Origin: Eledone cirrhosa
Taxonomy: Eukaryota
Length of the DNA stretch: 64,000 nucleotides
Assembly: GCA_964016885.1 (NCBI GenBank)
Contig: OZ024754.1
Span: forward strand, 29,140,001-29,204,000
Direction: 5' to 3'
The notes under the pieces are model-generated. The model had not been told where the DNA came from. It saw only the letters and a list, made by a program, of their open reading frames with translations, and searched no databases. This document shows, piece by piece, positions 40,421 through 52,741 of this stretch (position 1 is the stretch's first letter; each line of letters starts with the position of its first letter). A program made the position numbers and the translations under genes.

Positions 40421-40862
40421 AGGGAAACTCTAATAATAAGTAATTATTGAAGTAAATTAGAAATAATAAAACTTTTGAGATTAAATATAACTACATATTA
40501 ATCCTGTAATGAATTGACAATCAATGAATTGAAATGACTGTATAAAGAAAATAGAATAATTCAGATAATAAATGATCTTAATATAATGATGGTGATATAT
40601 GCATATGTTTTAATAGATATCTTTATACATATTTAATAATTATTTAAATATGCTTTAAAGATAAAAATGTTTTTAAATATTATAACAAAATATTTAATGA
40701 ATATATTATTTAATTAAACTATGTATCTGATGGTTATAGAAGAAATTTTTCTTTTTTTATTGTTTAATTTTGATATAATATATAAGTATAATTAGCTTAA
40801 ACATAACCAAAATACAAAAGATATTAAAAATTTCATGTTATCTAATTGGTTGCCTCATTATT

Positions 40863-41043
40863 GTGAATTGGCAGTATGGGTAGAGGGTCGGACGCCATGC
40901 TTTCTAGCATAGTTACGTCCCTTTACAGTCTGAGTTCAAATCCCGCCGAGGTTAACTTTGCCTTTCATCCTTACGGGGGTCGATAAAATAAAGTACCAGT
41001 AATGCACTGGGTAATTGCTGGCCTTGTGCCTAAAGTAGAAACA
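40863..41043 (+). mobile_element. tRNA-SINE, full length
   Basis: A and B boxes and body. Confidence 0.92.
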
Positions 41044-41770
41044 ATTATTTAAATATGCTTTAAAGATGAAAATGTTTTAAATATTATAACAAAAAATTTA
41101 ATGAATATATTACTTAATTAAACTATGTATCTGATGACTATATATATATATATTCCCTGGAAAGTGCGTGAGATCTTGTAGTTGGTATTTTATAACAATT
41201 TGATTATATAGTTTGAATATACATGAATGGGCCTGATAATCTCGCAATATACAGAAGAATACGGTAATCATTGAATAATTTGTTCTACTATACGTTTATA
41301 CCATTTAACTAGTAAATATATAACTGGGCACTTTATAAAAGGTTAAGTTCAATCATTCCGATAGTTTATTTTCGTTTTTCTTTTCTTATGGTCACATTAC
41401 AACTCTGTTCATTGCAATTGTCTATATTATTAATCGTTTACTAAAGCTCTTGGAATTTTGACACACTTCATTGCCTCCTATACACAGCAATCATTTTGCC
41501 ACCAAGCTCCATTACAACGGAAGTACGTCATATCCGTGCCACGGAAATTGATCACCGCCGCAAATATGACATTTACATATTAATATCTACAATTTGTTGT
41601 CTTCTGGGTGTTCATGAGTAACAATTGTAAATTTCTCAAGAATTCGTGGTTTACAAAATAATGTCTTCCTTAGTTAGGTGATAAATCTGTCACACACACA
41701 CACACATATATATATATATACTATATATACATACAAATACACATACATATCATACATATTTATATAGATA

Positions 41771-41837
<67 letters not shown>

Positions 41838-42260
41838 TAAATGAAAGGTATAGAAAGTATTGTAGCAAGAAGCCAACAGTATTCCATAATATATAAGTGA
41901 CTATAGCGTCAAAATGGGAAAATAGTTAACGTAAGATGTGGCAAAAATAATTCAAACTCAATTCAAAAAGAATCAGGATATAGATTTATCCAACAGAATT
42001 TAGTAAAATCCAGGGAAAAATCAATAGAGCCTTAACTCATGATAAAATAAAGTTTAAAATACTCATCCTTAATTTGGGGCAACTACAAATGCTCTATATA
42101 GTCTTGAAAAAGACTATTTCACGTAAACTTTCAGTGGAGATGGTCACGGTTGGAATACGATTCTCAGCAACACGATAGCCAGATTCTCACTGATTAATAT
42201 GCCAAAAAGGGAATTTAAAAGCAGGCTACTTTACCATCATGCGTGATTATGAAAATAAAA
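41838..42260 (-). mobile_element. Probable PLE end (family E) next to (TA)n with degenerate hammerhead at 42092-42139
   Basis: Terminus taaatgaaaggtatagaaa.attgtagcaa recurs as a stub inside (TA)n at 12979-13009. Minus strand: ctcca ctgaaag..gaaa tagtctt tttc aagacta ta tagag. Confidence 0.45.
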
Positions 42261-42339
42261 CGCACATGTATATACATATCATACATATGTATATAAATAC
42301 ATACACACACACACACACACATATATATCTGGAGATCTC

Positions 42340-42532
42340 TCTGCACTTGTCGTCACATGGTACCATGGGCCCAGTACTATGTGTCAATAATTCTCACAAG
42401 TGTAGTGTTTGACCCAGAGTTTTCAAGTCGCTGGCTGGACTAAAAAGTCACAGTCGTTCAGCGTATCGGTAGGGGTTCTCCTACATAGATATAAAGTAGT
42501 TGCCGTACTCGAAAACGAGTTGGCAGCCACCA
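42340..42532 (+). mobile_element. RTE 3' end (same family as 28852-29678)
   Basis: Reverse complement of the 150 bp unit plus about 40 bp more. Confidence 0.8.
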
Positions 42533-42749
42533 CTATATATATATATATATATTGTTGAATCATCAGTCTGAAGAAAAGATCATTAATCGAGTCGCGTCCA
42601 TACTTCCGGGTTGATTTCGAACTAATCCTCTGCAAAACGTGCATAACCGGTTGATACACAATAAAAACATAAACGAAAATTCATCGTTTTTCTTACACAC
42701 ACACACAGGCACGCATGCACGCACGCACACATATATATATGATTAATAA

Positions 42750-43166
42750 TGGTTTCTTATATAGGCACATGGCTAGCATATTTTGAAGGAGAGGGAAGTC
42801 GATTAAATCGACCCTGTGCGTGACTGGTACTTTATTTTATCGACCCCATAAGGATGAAAGGCAAAGTTAACCTCGGCGGGATTTGAACTCAGTTCATAAA
42901 GAGCCGTAACTCTATGCTGCAAAGCATGGCGTCCGACCCTCTACCGATACTGGCAATCCACCGCCCTATATATGATTAATAATTGTTTCTACTTTTGGCA
43001 CAAGGCCAGCAATTACCCCAGTGTATTACTGGTACTTTATTTTATCAATCCCGTAAGGATGAAAGGCAAAGTTAACCTCGGCGGTATTTAAACTCGGACC
43101 ATAAAGGGCCGTAACTCTTTGCTGCAAATCATGGCGTCCGACCCTCTACCGATACTGCCCAATCCA
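42750..43166 (-). mobile_element. Two tandem tRNA-SINEs (long and short variants)
   Basis: 42750-42967 and 42983-43166, each bounded by atgattaataat. Confidence 0.9.
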
Positions 43167-44323
43167 TGATTAATAATGATCGAGGAAAATCTTGATAAAA
43201 GGCATTCCTGTTGTGTCTATCCTGTCTAACGATTGTACAAATTCGTTGAGTTATGTTACTTAACATTGTAGAAGTTCTGTCGTAAAAATTGTTCTACCTT
43301 TTAAAATGTGCCAGGTGTTTGTAATACTTACAAATGGACACATTTTACAGATTTCCATATTCTAACTATTCATACATGACATTCTGCCCACTGCAAATGC
43401 TGACTGCATTTATTAGCTTTTGGTGGTATCTTTTGTTTCACTGAATTCACATCAAATACTACAGCAATGAAAGAGTCTTTTTCATTTTATTGTGAAACTG
43501 TATAAAGTAATGTTGCTTGTTTCAACATATTTATTACTGCACTAAAACCTAGCAAATGTGTTTGTAGTGTGTTGCAACGGTTGCATATTATGTCAGTTAC
43601 AAAACGATGCACACCATAGCCAGAGAAGCTTACTACAAAGTTAGCTTTTAATCAGAGAAATTTATAGCTATGTCTGTTCAATACATCAGTGTCCACTAAC
43701 GGATGCACACGATCGATGCAGTAGAGCTTATAACAATAACATGATGAGCAAGAACAAATTCGAAAAAGAGTAAATAAAACAGCAAAAGTTGAATATTCCT
43801 TAATTCTCTCTATTTCCAATTTAATGGTTGTCAGTGTTGACATAACATTCTTTAACGTCACCCTTTCACCAGGGTTAGTAAACCCAGTAAACCAGTAAAC
43901 CAGTATACCATTCGATGCCACTTTGATACCAATGGTAGTTGACATCATCGGTAGCACACATTATCTCCACTGAACGCAAACATTTAGATTTGTTTCTGCT
44001 AACTAAAACAGGATGTGACGTTATTCACTTTTTTTATTTTGTAGATTACTTGCCCAAAACATTCCCCATATCACCACGCTTCGTATCAGCACGTTTAGCT
44101 TTGTTGAAATATCTAAAAAAATATTACATTCTTATTCACTTTTCTTTCCAGATTAAACAACAATGATACAGATTCAATATTTGTTGATAGTTAATGAAAC
44201 AATAGCAGGGAAAGGTTATTGGCAGCCGATGTGATTAGGCGCCAAATGAACATTAGCTACATCAGACCGATATACTGTATAATGCACAATAAACACATGC
44301 AGATACAACTATATATATATATC

Positions 44324-44390
<67 letters not shown>

Positions 44391-44741
44391 GGGGTGGGGG
44401 GGTGGGGAGGGGGGTGCAGATATTACTTAACTACTTTGAATAATAGTTACAGTTGGAACTATTATGAACAGGCTGTAGCTGAGAGACTGACGACAGTCCG
44501 GTTTTATATAATATAGAAATATCATTACCCACATATAGCCGTATATTTACTGATAACGTAATGTGTGAAGTGGCTGTTAAACGTTTGTATTTCTAACGTA
44601 TAAAACTTGTAATATCATGGAGTTAGTGACGACCAGAGCTGTACGGATTCTCTTCGACTAGCTTCGTAAACCAATACATATATATACACCACACACACAT
44701 ATATTTATATACGTACATATTTATACATATTTATACATATG

Positions 44742-44793
<52 letters not shown>

Positions 44794-44921
44794 AAAGTTT
44801 TATTTAAAATTGTTGGGTTACAACAAGTAAATATTTTATAACCGATATAAAGCACTCGACAAGTTTTTGGAGTAGATATACGATATTAAACAAATGGAAA
44901 CTATATTTATAAAACCATATT

Positions 44922-44987
44922 TATTTCATTATACATATTTCAGGGATACCATATTAAAAATATGGCATGCCTTCGTCAGATAAAATA
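44922..44987 (-). ncRNA. Type I hammerhead ribozyme (family B), inverted copy
   Basis: Reverse complement of 45097-45162. Confidence 0.8.
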
Positions 44988-45096
44988 TAATATATAAACA
45001 GTTTTATAAATAAATACTACCAAGCCAGCCTCCTATCTTAATGGTCGCTTATATTTATGGTACGTCAAAATTATTTATAAAACTGTTTACATATTG

Positions 45097-45162
45097 TATT
45101 TTATCTGACGAAGGCATGCCATATTTTTAATATGGTATCCCTGAAATATGTATAATGAAATA
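45097..45162 (+). ncRNA. Type I hammerhead ribozyme (family B), long stem II
   Basis: Stem I uauuuuau/augaaaua, CUGACGA, stem II aggcaugccauauu/aauaugguaucccu, GAAA UAUGUA UA. Confidence 0.8.
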
Positions 45163-45202
45163 AATATGGTTTTATAAATATAGTTTCCATTTGTTTAATA
45201 TC

Positions 45203-45246
<44 letters not shown>

Positions 45247-45249
<3 letters not shown>

Positions 45250-45374
45250 AAAGTTTTATTTAAAATTGTTGGGTTACAACGAGTAAATATTTTATAACTG
45301 ATATAAAAGCACTCAACAGTTTCTGGAGTAGGTTTATGATATTAAACAAATGGAAACTACATTTGTTTAATATC

Positions 45375-45376
<2 letters not shown>
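45247..45376. mobile_element. Minimal family B fold-back (tail plus about 17 bp inverted arms)
   Basis: Same tail as 44791, then gatattaaacaaatg...catttgtttaatatc, with (TA)n on both sides. Confidence 0.8.
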
Positions 45377-45424
<48 letters not shown>

Positions 45425-45896
45425 ACAAGGAGAAGAGACGATTATTAGGAAGAAAAAATATTTTTTTCCTTTTTTGTTTCTCTCTCTCTCCTTTTTCTGG
45501 GTTAGAAAATGATTAAAACGAAATGTTTTACTTTGTGCGAAGTGTTAAGGTATCAGTTGATTATTTATTATTTAACAATGGCATTTATTTATCTATATAT
45601 ATATTATATATCTATATATATAAAATTGTCGTTGTCTGTCTGTCTATCGATTTTCGGCACACATCTCCTCTTAGAATCTCTCACGGAATTGCACCGAAAT
45701 TGCTATACTTGTACATTGAGCCCTAGCGAAGACATCGGAAAAAAAAATTTCAAATTGACCCGCCCTATGTGACGAAATCGAATATAATGTATCGATTTTT
45801 GAGCGTAAGTGATCAGTTATTTCCCTTTGTTCTGTTTACATTGAGCGTCTTACGTAAAAAATTACAATACACGAACAGTTGTCGAGCCAGCAAAAT

Positions 45897-46655
45897 ATTG
45901 ACCTGCAAAATTCATCAGTTCGAACACTAAGCTTCCGTTTTGCTTCATTTCCATTTAAAAGCATTTTAAAACAATATTTTTACTTGAAAACAAGTCTATT
46001 TAAAGACTACGTAAAACAAGCAAATATTTCGTCGTTAGGCGTGCAGACAGACAGTCGTGCAGAGAGGTGATATAGGCGTGCAGACAGACAGTCGTGCAGA
46101 GAGGTGATATAGGCGTGCAGACAGACAGTCGTGCAGAGAGGTGATATAGGCGTGCAGACAGACAGTCGTGCAGAGAGGTGATATAGGCGTGCAGACAGAC
46201 ATAACTGATAATTTGGTTACGCTAATATTTTTCTCTGCGTTGCAATGTTTACATTTTTGATCTTTGTTAATAAATAACCAGTGCAGTTTCTATCCCCAGC
46301 ATCCTCTTTTGTTATAACATTCGGGTTATCGTTATGTTTTCTTAACTTCATAAGGCATATTGTTGGTTGAGGGAATATTAATCAAAAACACGCTTCATTT
46401 CCATTTAAAAGCATTTTAAAACAATATTTTTACTTGAAAACAAGTCTATTTAAAGACTACGTAAAACAAGCAAATATTTCGTCGTTAGGCGTGCAGACAG
46501 ACAGTCGTGCAGACAGACAGTCGTGCAGAGAGGTGATATACGCGTGCAGACAGACAGTCGTGCAGAGAGGTGATATAGGCGTGCAGACAGACAGTCATGC
46601 AGAGAGGTGATATAGGCGTGCAGACAGACAGTCATGCAGAGAGGTGATATAGGCG
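45897..46655. repeat. Helitron 5' subterminal module array with 37 bp minisatellite
   Basis: taggcgtgcagacagacagtcgtgcagagaggtgata tandem blocks at 46036-46200 and 46486-46655. Confidence 0.9.
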
Positions 46656-46986
46656 ATTATTTCCCTTTTATGGAATGAGCAGACGATTAGCGAATGTGCA
46701 GACGATTAAGTAAATCTTTAGTAGACGCTTTAAAAGTTCGGCGAGTTCATTACTTCGTAAGTTATTGATATTTATTTTTTTATTACGACGGTTAGCAAAC
46801 TTTCCCTATTAAACGTTTGGATTATTTTCAGTATAAGTTGGTTGATTTCACTATGGCGTTGGCGGTTAGGCCTTCTACTTAAATTAATTTTACGGTCTTA
46901 TAAGGCTGAATTTACTTTAATTTCATTTTATCTTGACGAAATGGAGGGATTGTTTGTTTTAGGTTTCAATCGTGCCCACCACCCTG

Positions 46987-49900
46987 ATGCCTAAAAAAAG
47001 GACACCCTTATTACGACTGACGCGGTCTCAGATAACAAAAAGAAGGAGGCTGACTGAGGTGTCGTCGAGCATTAGACAGCCTGAAATAGCGGGGTGTTCA
47101 GTGAATACAACAGCTCTGTCTATCGATGAGCGTTGCTTGAGTCAACAGGACAGAAATGCTGCTTCCATTGCACCTTCACAGGCAACTGAGAATTATGACG
47201 AATGTTTATTCCGACGCACCAGAAATGCTTCTTCAACTGCATCCTTATGTGCTGCAGTGAAACACGTGGAACGTCAAACTCAGCTTGCAAGAAATGCAAC
47301 GGCAAAAGCAGCTACGCGAGCTGCAGAGAATGATGTTCAACGTAAACTCCGTCAAAGCAGAGATGCGGCTGTTACTGCAACTGTTCGAGCTGCAGAGAAT
47401 GCTATTGAACGTATACTTCGTCAGGGCAGAGATGCGGCTGCTACTGCAGCTGCGCGAGAAGCGGAGACAGCAGGTAACCGAACTATTCGACTGGGGGGTG
47501 TTTTTCAGTTTAAAGCCAATAAGCGGGGTATTTCGTGGGCTGCGAAATCACGGTGGTCATTGAAGGCTTTCAATTATGTCCCCGCTAATAATTATGCTAC
47601 ACACCTTCATATTCAAATTGGTGACATGTCTGGAATTTGCCAGTTTTGCAAAGCTAAAAAGTGGCCGGGCGAACCAGCCGGAATGTGCTGCTCTAATGGT
47701 AAGGTCAACTTGCACCCTCCTAGAGATCCACCACAGCCATTGAGGCTTCTTCTTACAGGCACCCATTCACTCTCCAGAGCTTTCCTTCTAGATATTCGAC
47801 ATTATAATTGTGCCTTCCAAATGACATCTTTTGGATCGAGTCATGAATATGAAGGTGGATTTATGCCCACTTTCAAAGTTCAAGATCAGGTTTATCATCT
47901 TATCGGATCACTGGAGCCTGTAGATAATAAAGAGCCCCGATTTCTCCAGGTCTACTTCATGTCCAACTGCCTTCAACAAGCTACAAGGCGAAATACATTT
48001 GCCTTCCCAAAAGAAAAAACAAATAACTTAACTGACTGTCCACAAGCAACAAGGAAATATTCAATTGCCTATGACACTAGACAGGAGCTCCTTTTTGAAC
48101 TTCAAGACATGCTTCATAGTCACAACAGCTATGTTCAGAGCTTTAAATATGCATTAGAAACAGCTCCTGTTGATAATTACTATGTTGTCATTGATGCTGA
48201 CAAGCGGCCATCTGGAGAACATGCAGGCCGCTATAATTCACCTTCTTTGAATGAGGTTGCGATACTTCTCGCTGGTGATCAGCACAACAAACGTGACATT
48301 GTTATCAAGCATCGCGACCACGGACTTCAACGGATCAGTGAAACACACAGATCATACGACGCACTCCAATACCCACTGCTTTTTGTATATGGAGAGGATG
48401 GATACCATTTTGGCATTCCACAATGTAACTCTACCAATTCAGAGGTTCATTCTACCAAAACAGTTTCATGCAAGGACTTCTATGCATTTCGATTCATGAT
48501 CCGAGATGACTGTTTTAATCACCTCCACCGCTCTCAAGACCTTTTCAACCAGTATGCAACTGACATGTGTGCAAAAATGGAATCAGAGAGATTGTGTTTT
48601 ATCAAACTCAATCAAAAAAAGTTGCGTTGTGACAGCTACATACACCTTCGGGAGGGAATGAACAATGATGCGGATCCTGAGAGTCTTGGAAAAGTATGCA
48701 TTCTGCCCTCTACCTTCACGGGAAGCCCTCGATATATGCATGAAAGGACTCAGGACGCCATGACAATTGTACGACATTACGGTAGGCCAGACTTATTCAT
48801 AACTTTTACATGTAACCCCAATTGGAAGGAGATTGAGGACGAACTCCTTCCTGGTCAGAACACCACACGCCGACATGATCTCGCAGCTAGAGTATTCCGT
48901 CTTAAGTTACTTAAGCTTATGGATCTTATGAAATTAGGTGAGGTTTTCGGACCAGTTCAATGTGACATGTACACAATCGAATGGCAAAAAAGGGGCCTCC
49001 CCCATGCTCATATTCTTATTTGGCTGACAACAAAGGTTAGTTCTAACGACATTGACAGGATCATCTCTGCAGAATTACCAGATCCTTCCACTGACAAGGA
49101 CTTCTACATGAAAGTTAGGGCACATATGGTGCATGGTCCATGTGGGCCTGGCTTTAGAACCGACTTACCATGCGTTACAGGCAATAAAAGATGCACTAAA
49201 AAATTTCCCCGTCAATTTATTCGCGATACTCAGACTGGCAATGATGGCTACCCATTATATAGACGTAGGCGACCTGAAGATGGAGGTTTTACGGCTAGGG
49301 TTAAGAATGGCGAGGTTGACAACAGATGGATCATTCCCTATTGTCCACTCCTGCTCAGTACTTTCAACGCACACATTAATGTTGAATTCTGTAGCTCCGT
49401 CAAGTGCATCAAATACATATGTAAGTATGTTAATAAAGGTTCTGACGCTGCTTCGTTCGGTATACTCAACGAAAACAATAGAGACGAAGTAACACAATTC
49501 CAAGTAGGTCGATACATAAGTAGTAGCGAGGCCTTTTGGCGAATCTTTGGTTTTCCAATACATGATAGGCACCCTTCAATTGTAAAATTAGATGTACACC
49601 TAGAACACGGTCAACGGGTGTATTATACCAATGAAAATGCCACTGAATTAGCACAGACCCCAAGGGAGACAACTTTAACTGGATTCTTCAAACTGTGCAA
49701 ATACGATGAGTTCGCAAAATCATTGCTGTATCCTCAGGTGCCATCATACTACACATGGAATAAAAAAACATGGTGTCGCAGAAAGACTGGCCAACCAGTT
49801 ATTGGAGTTCCTGGAATCAAATTCACTAATTGCTTGGGGCGAGTGTATACGGTTCCTCCAAATCAACACAGTTGCTTCTATCTTCGAATGCTACTGCATG

Positions 49901-51760
49901 AGGTCAAAGGACCGACCAGTTTTCAGGACCTCAGAACTTTCAGTAATCGTGTTTGGTCTACATACAGAGATGCCTGTTTGGCTCGTGGAATGCTTGAAGA
50001 TGACTCACGATGGGATGCAACCTTGGTGGAGATCGCTTCATCACACTCAGCTGGAAGCCTACGAGAGGTCTTTACAAAGCTTCTTCACTTATGTAACATT
50101 TGTGATCCCTACACATTATGGTTGAAGTTTCGGAACCAACTGTCTGAGGACTTCCTTCACCAGGCTCAACTACTACTTCCTGACATAGAAATAGATTTCA
50201 GTGATGATTTATACAATAAAGGGCTTATAGATATAGAGGACATGATTTTCCTTATGGGTGGGAATGCCTTGCCGGCATACGGTCTTCCACAAACCCACCG
50301 CACTGATTCTAATAAAATTCCAATTCTCATCATCCAAGAAACATCTTATGATGTCGATGCTCTAGCTAGATATGTGTTTGAAATGGAATCAAAACTACTT
50401 CCTGATCAACAATTAGCATACAACACTATCACTGATTATGTATTTCATCGATCGGGTGGTATCTTCTTTCTTAATGCCCCTGGAGGCACTGGAAAAACCT
50501 TTGTGACTAAACTTATTCTTGCCAAAGTTAGACAGAATGAAGTTATCGCAATAGCTGTTGCATCATCTGGTATTGCTGCAACACTACTTCCTGGCGGTAG
50601 GACAGCACATTCTACCTTTAAGCTTCCGCTTAACTTGGTATCAGCTGAAACACCGCTCTGTGACATCACCAAGGATAGTCCCAGAGCAGAACTGCTACGG
50701 CGGTGCCAACTGATTGTGTGGGATGAATGTACCATGGCTCACAAAGGAGCTATTGAGGCCTTAGATAGAACGCTAAAAGACATTAGAGACTGTCAGGAGA
50801 CCATGGGGGGGTGTAACTCTTTTGCTTTCAGGGGACTTTCGACAAACTTTGCCGGTTATTCCAAAGGGCACCAGAGCGGATCAAGTTCGGGCCTGCCTGA
50901 AGTCTTCTCCATTGTGGCAACAGGTAACAACACTTCGTCTGACCACTAACATGCGTATTCAACTGCATGGCGATACTGTGTCTGAAAAATTTGCTGAAGA
51001 CCTTCTCATTCTTGGCGACGGCAAAGTACCTTCAGATGTGCATAGAGACATTGCACTCGACAATATATGCTGTCTGGTTAACACTGTCGAAGATCTCAAG
51101 GCAGCCGTTTTTCCCAGCTTGGTAGATAATTACCGCAATCATGCATGGCTGTGTGAGAGGGCTATATTAGCTCCTACAAATGTCACTGTCTCCGCCATTA
51201 ATCGCCAAATGCTTGAAAGTCTTCCTGGAAATGATATGACTTTTAAGTCTATTGATACCAATGTTGATCCACATGATGCGGTCAGTTATCCCATTGAATT
51301 CCTCAATTCATTGGACATTCCTGGTCTACCTCAACATATTTTGTCTCTCAAGGAAGGATGTCCAGTTATACTTCTCAGGAATATAACTCCTCCCAAGCTT
51401 TGCAATGGTACACGCCTTGTTGTCAATAGGATGTCACAGCACATTATTTATGCTACGATTATGTCAGGGTGTGGAAAAGGAGAAGATGTTTTAATACCTA
51501 TGGTAACTCTTACTACATCAGGAGTGGATGCACCCTATTCTTTTAAAAGAACTCAATTTCCCCTTCGTGCTGCCTTTGCTATGTCCATCAACAAGTCCCA
51601 GGGTCAGACTTTATCTGTTGCAGGACTTCACCTGGAGGAACCATGTTTCTCACATGGACAATTCTACGTTGGATGTTCTCGAGTTGGCAGCCGGAATAAC
51701 CTTTTTGCCTTTGCTCCAAATGGAAAAACAAAGAATATTGTATACCGTGAGGTTTTATAG
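46987..51760 (+). CDS. Helitron RepHel (HUH Rep endonuclease plus Pif1-family SF1 helicase), single +1 frameshift at 50805-50811
   Basis: PDLFITFTCNP, EWQKRGLPHAHIL (HUH), KYICKYVNK, APGGTGKT, IVWDECTM, GDFRQ, NGTRL, SINKSQGQT, HGQFYVGCSR. N-terminal CxxC..CC Zn motif. Confidence 0.95.
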
Positions 51761-52741
51761 AGTTTTTATGTTCAAAATGGCAATGTTACACCAACTGCCT
51801 TAAATATATAGCATCTACGAAACCTGAAAAAAGGAGACTTATTCAACATTGACGCAGTGCATTCTATTGACACCTAGACATACCTTTCAGTGCATTTGCA
51901 GAGTAAATTACAGTTACCAATGCAACAGTGAATCACTTCTCATTTGAATTTTCTACCATTGTACAAATATATGTCAAACAACAGAACTATATACAAACTT
52001 ATTCGCACTTCGTATTTGCACACACCGCCATCATATGCACCCACACATACGCCCACACACAGTTAAAAGAACGACATACATGCGTGCTCATGCATTAACA
52101 CACACGCGACATCAGCAACTTCGAAACTGACGACATGACGCCAACTTCTTAACAAGCACAACGCCTCTGACACCATAGGACACATCACGAGACCTATAGG
52201 CCCGGCATTGCTTGCAAGTCAAAGTGGACTCTGGAATTGATGCTTTCGATTGTTAAGGACACCCTCCAGTCGCTGACAAGTCCGGCGTTTAATACGTAGA
52301 CACACACAACTTGCCGCATACATACACAGATTGTTTCCGTCATTTCTTTCATTGTTTCAATATGCATTCTGACATGGACAACAAGCGACAACAGCATTTC
52401 TGGTGCGTCAAAGTAAACTTTCGTCATCATTCTCAGTTGCACCTGAAGATGCAATGGAAGCAGCATTTCTGTTTTGTTGATTTTAGTGATTCTTTTTGGT
52501 GAATATGGCTTTTGCTGCAGCTATCCATTTCGCATGCTGTGGCTGTCTATAATCTGCCCGTCAAACTCACCATGGGTATGTTATGAGCTCTTCATACTTT
52601 ATACTTAAACATCTGAGCTATTACGTTGTCAATATTTTTTATCACAAGTGCAAACCTATTTGATGCTGCCTGCCCCTCGACTTCAGATAACGCATTTTTT
52701 TTTTTTTGTTCTTCATGTCCATCCAATTTCTTTGTTTCAAA

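Larger units (their letters stand above)
44791..45209. mobile_element. Fold-back PLE-end insertion (family B) in (TA)n
   Basis: Near-perfect inverted arms 44876-45013 and 45071-45209, plus an 85 nt tail at 44791-44875. Confidence 0.85.

Noticed and set aside
41515-42625. Promoter-like ETS and CRE motifs (cggaagt acgtca at 41518, acttccgg at 42602) and a minus-strand splice-donor-like site near 39907
   Set aside because: Short motifs expected by chance, with no linked exon identifiable. CAGE or RNA-seq data would be needed.
43652-43957. Cys-loop receptor transmembrane fragment (GERVTL motif)
   Set aside because: No proper M1-M3 hydrophobic segments, no splice context and no other exons.
44485-44535. 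ctgagagactgacgacagtc hairpin as a hammerhead
   Set aside because: No GAAA directly after the stem and no stem I or III.
46036-46200. 37 bp repeats resembling a CRISPR array
   Set aside because: Head-to-tail with no spacers, no cas genes, eukaryotic context. It is a Helitron-internal minisatellite.
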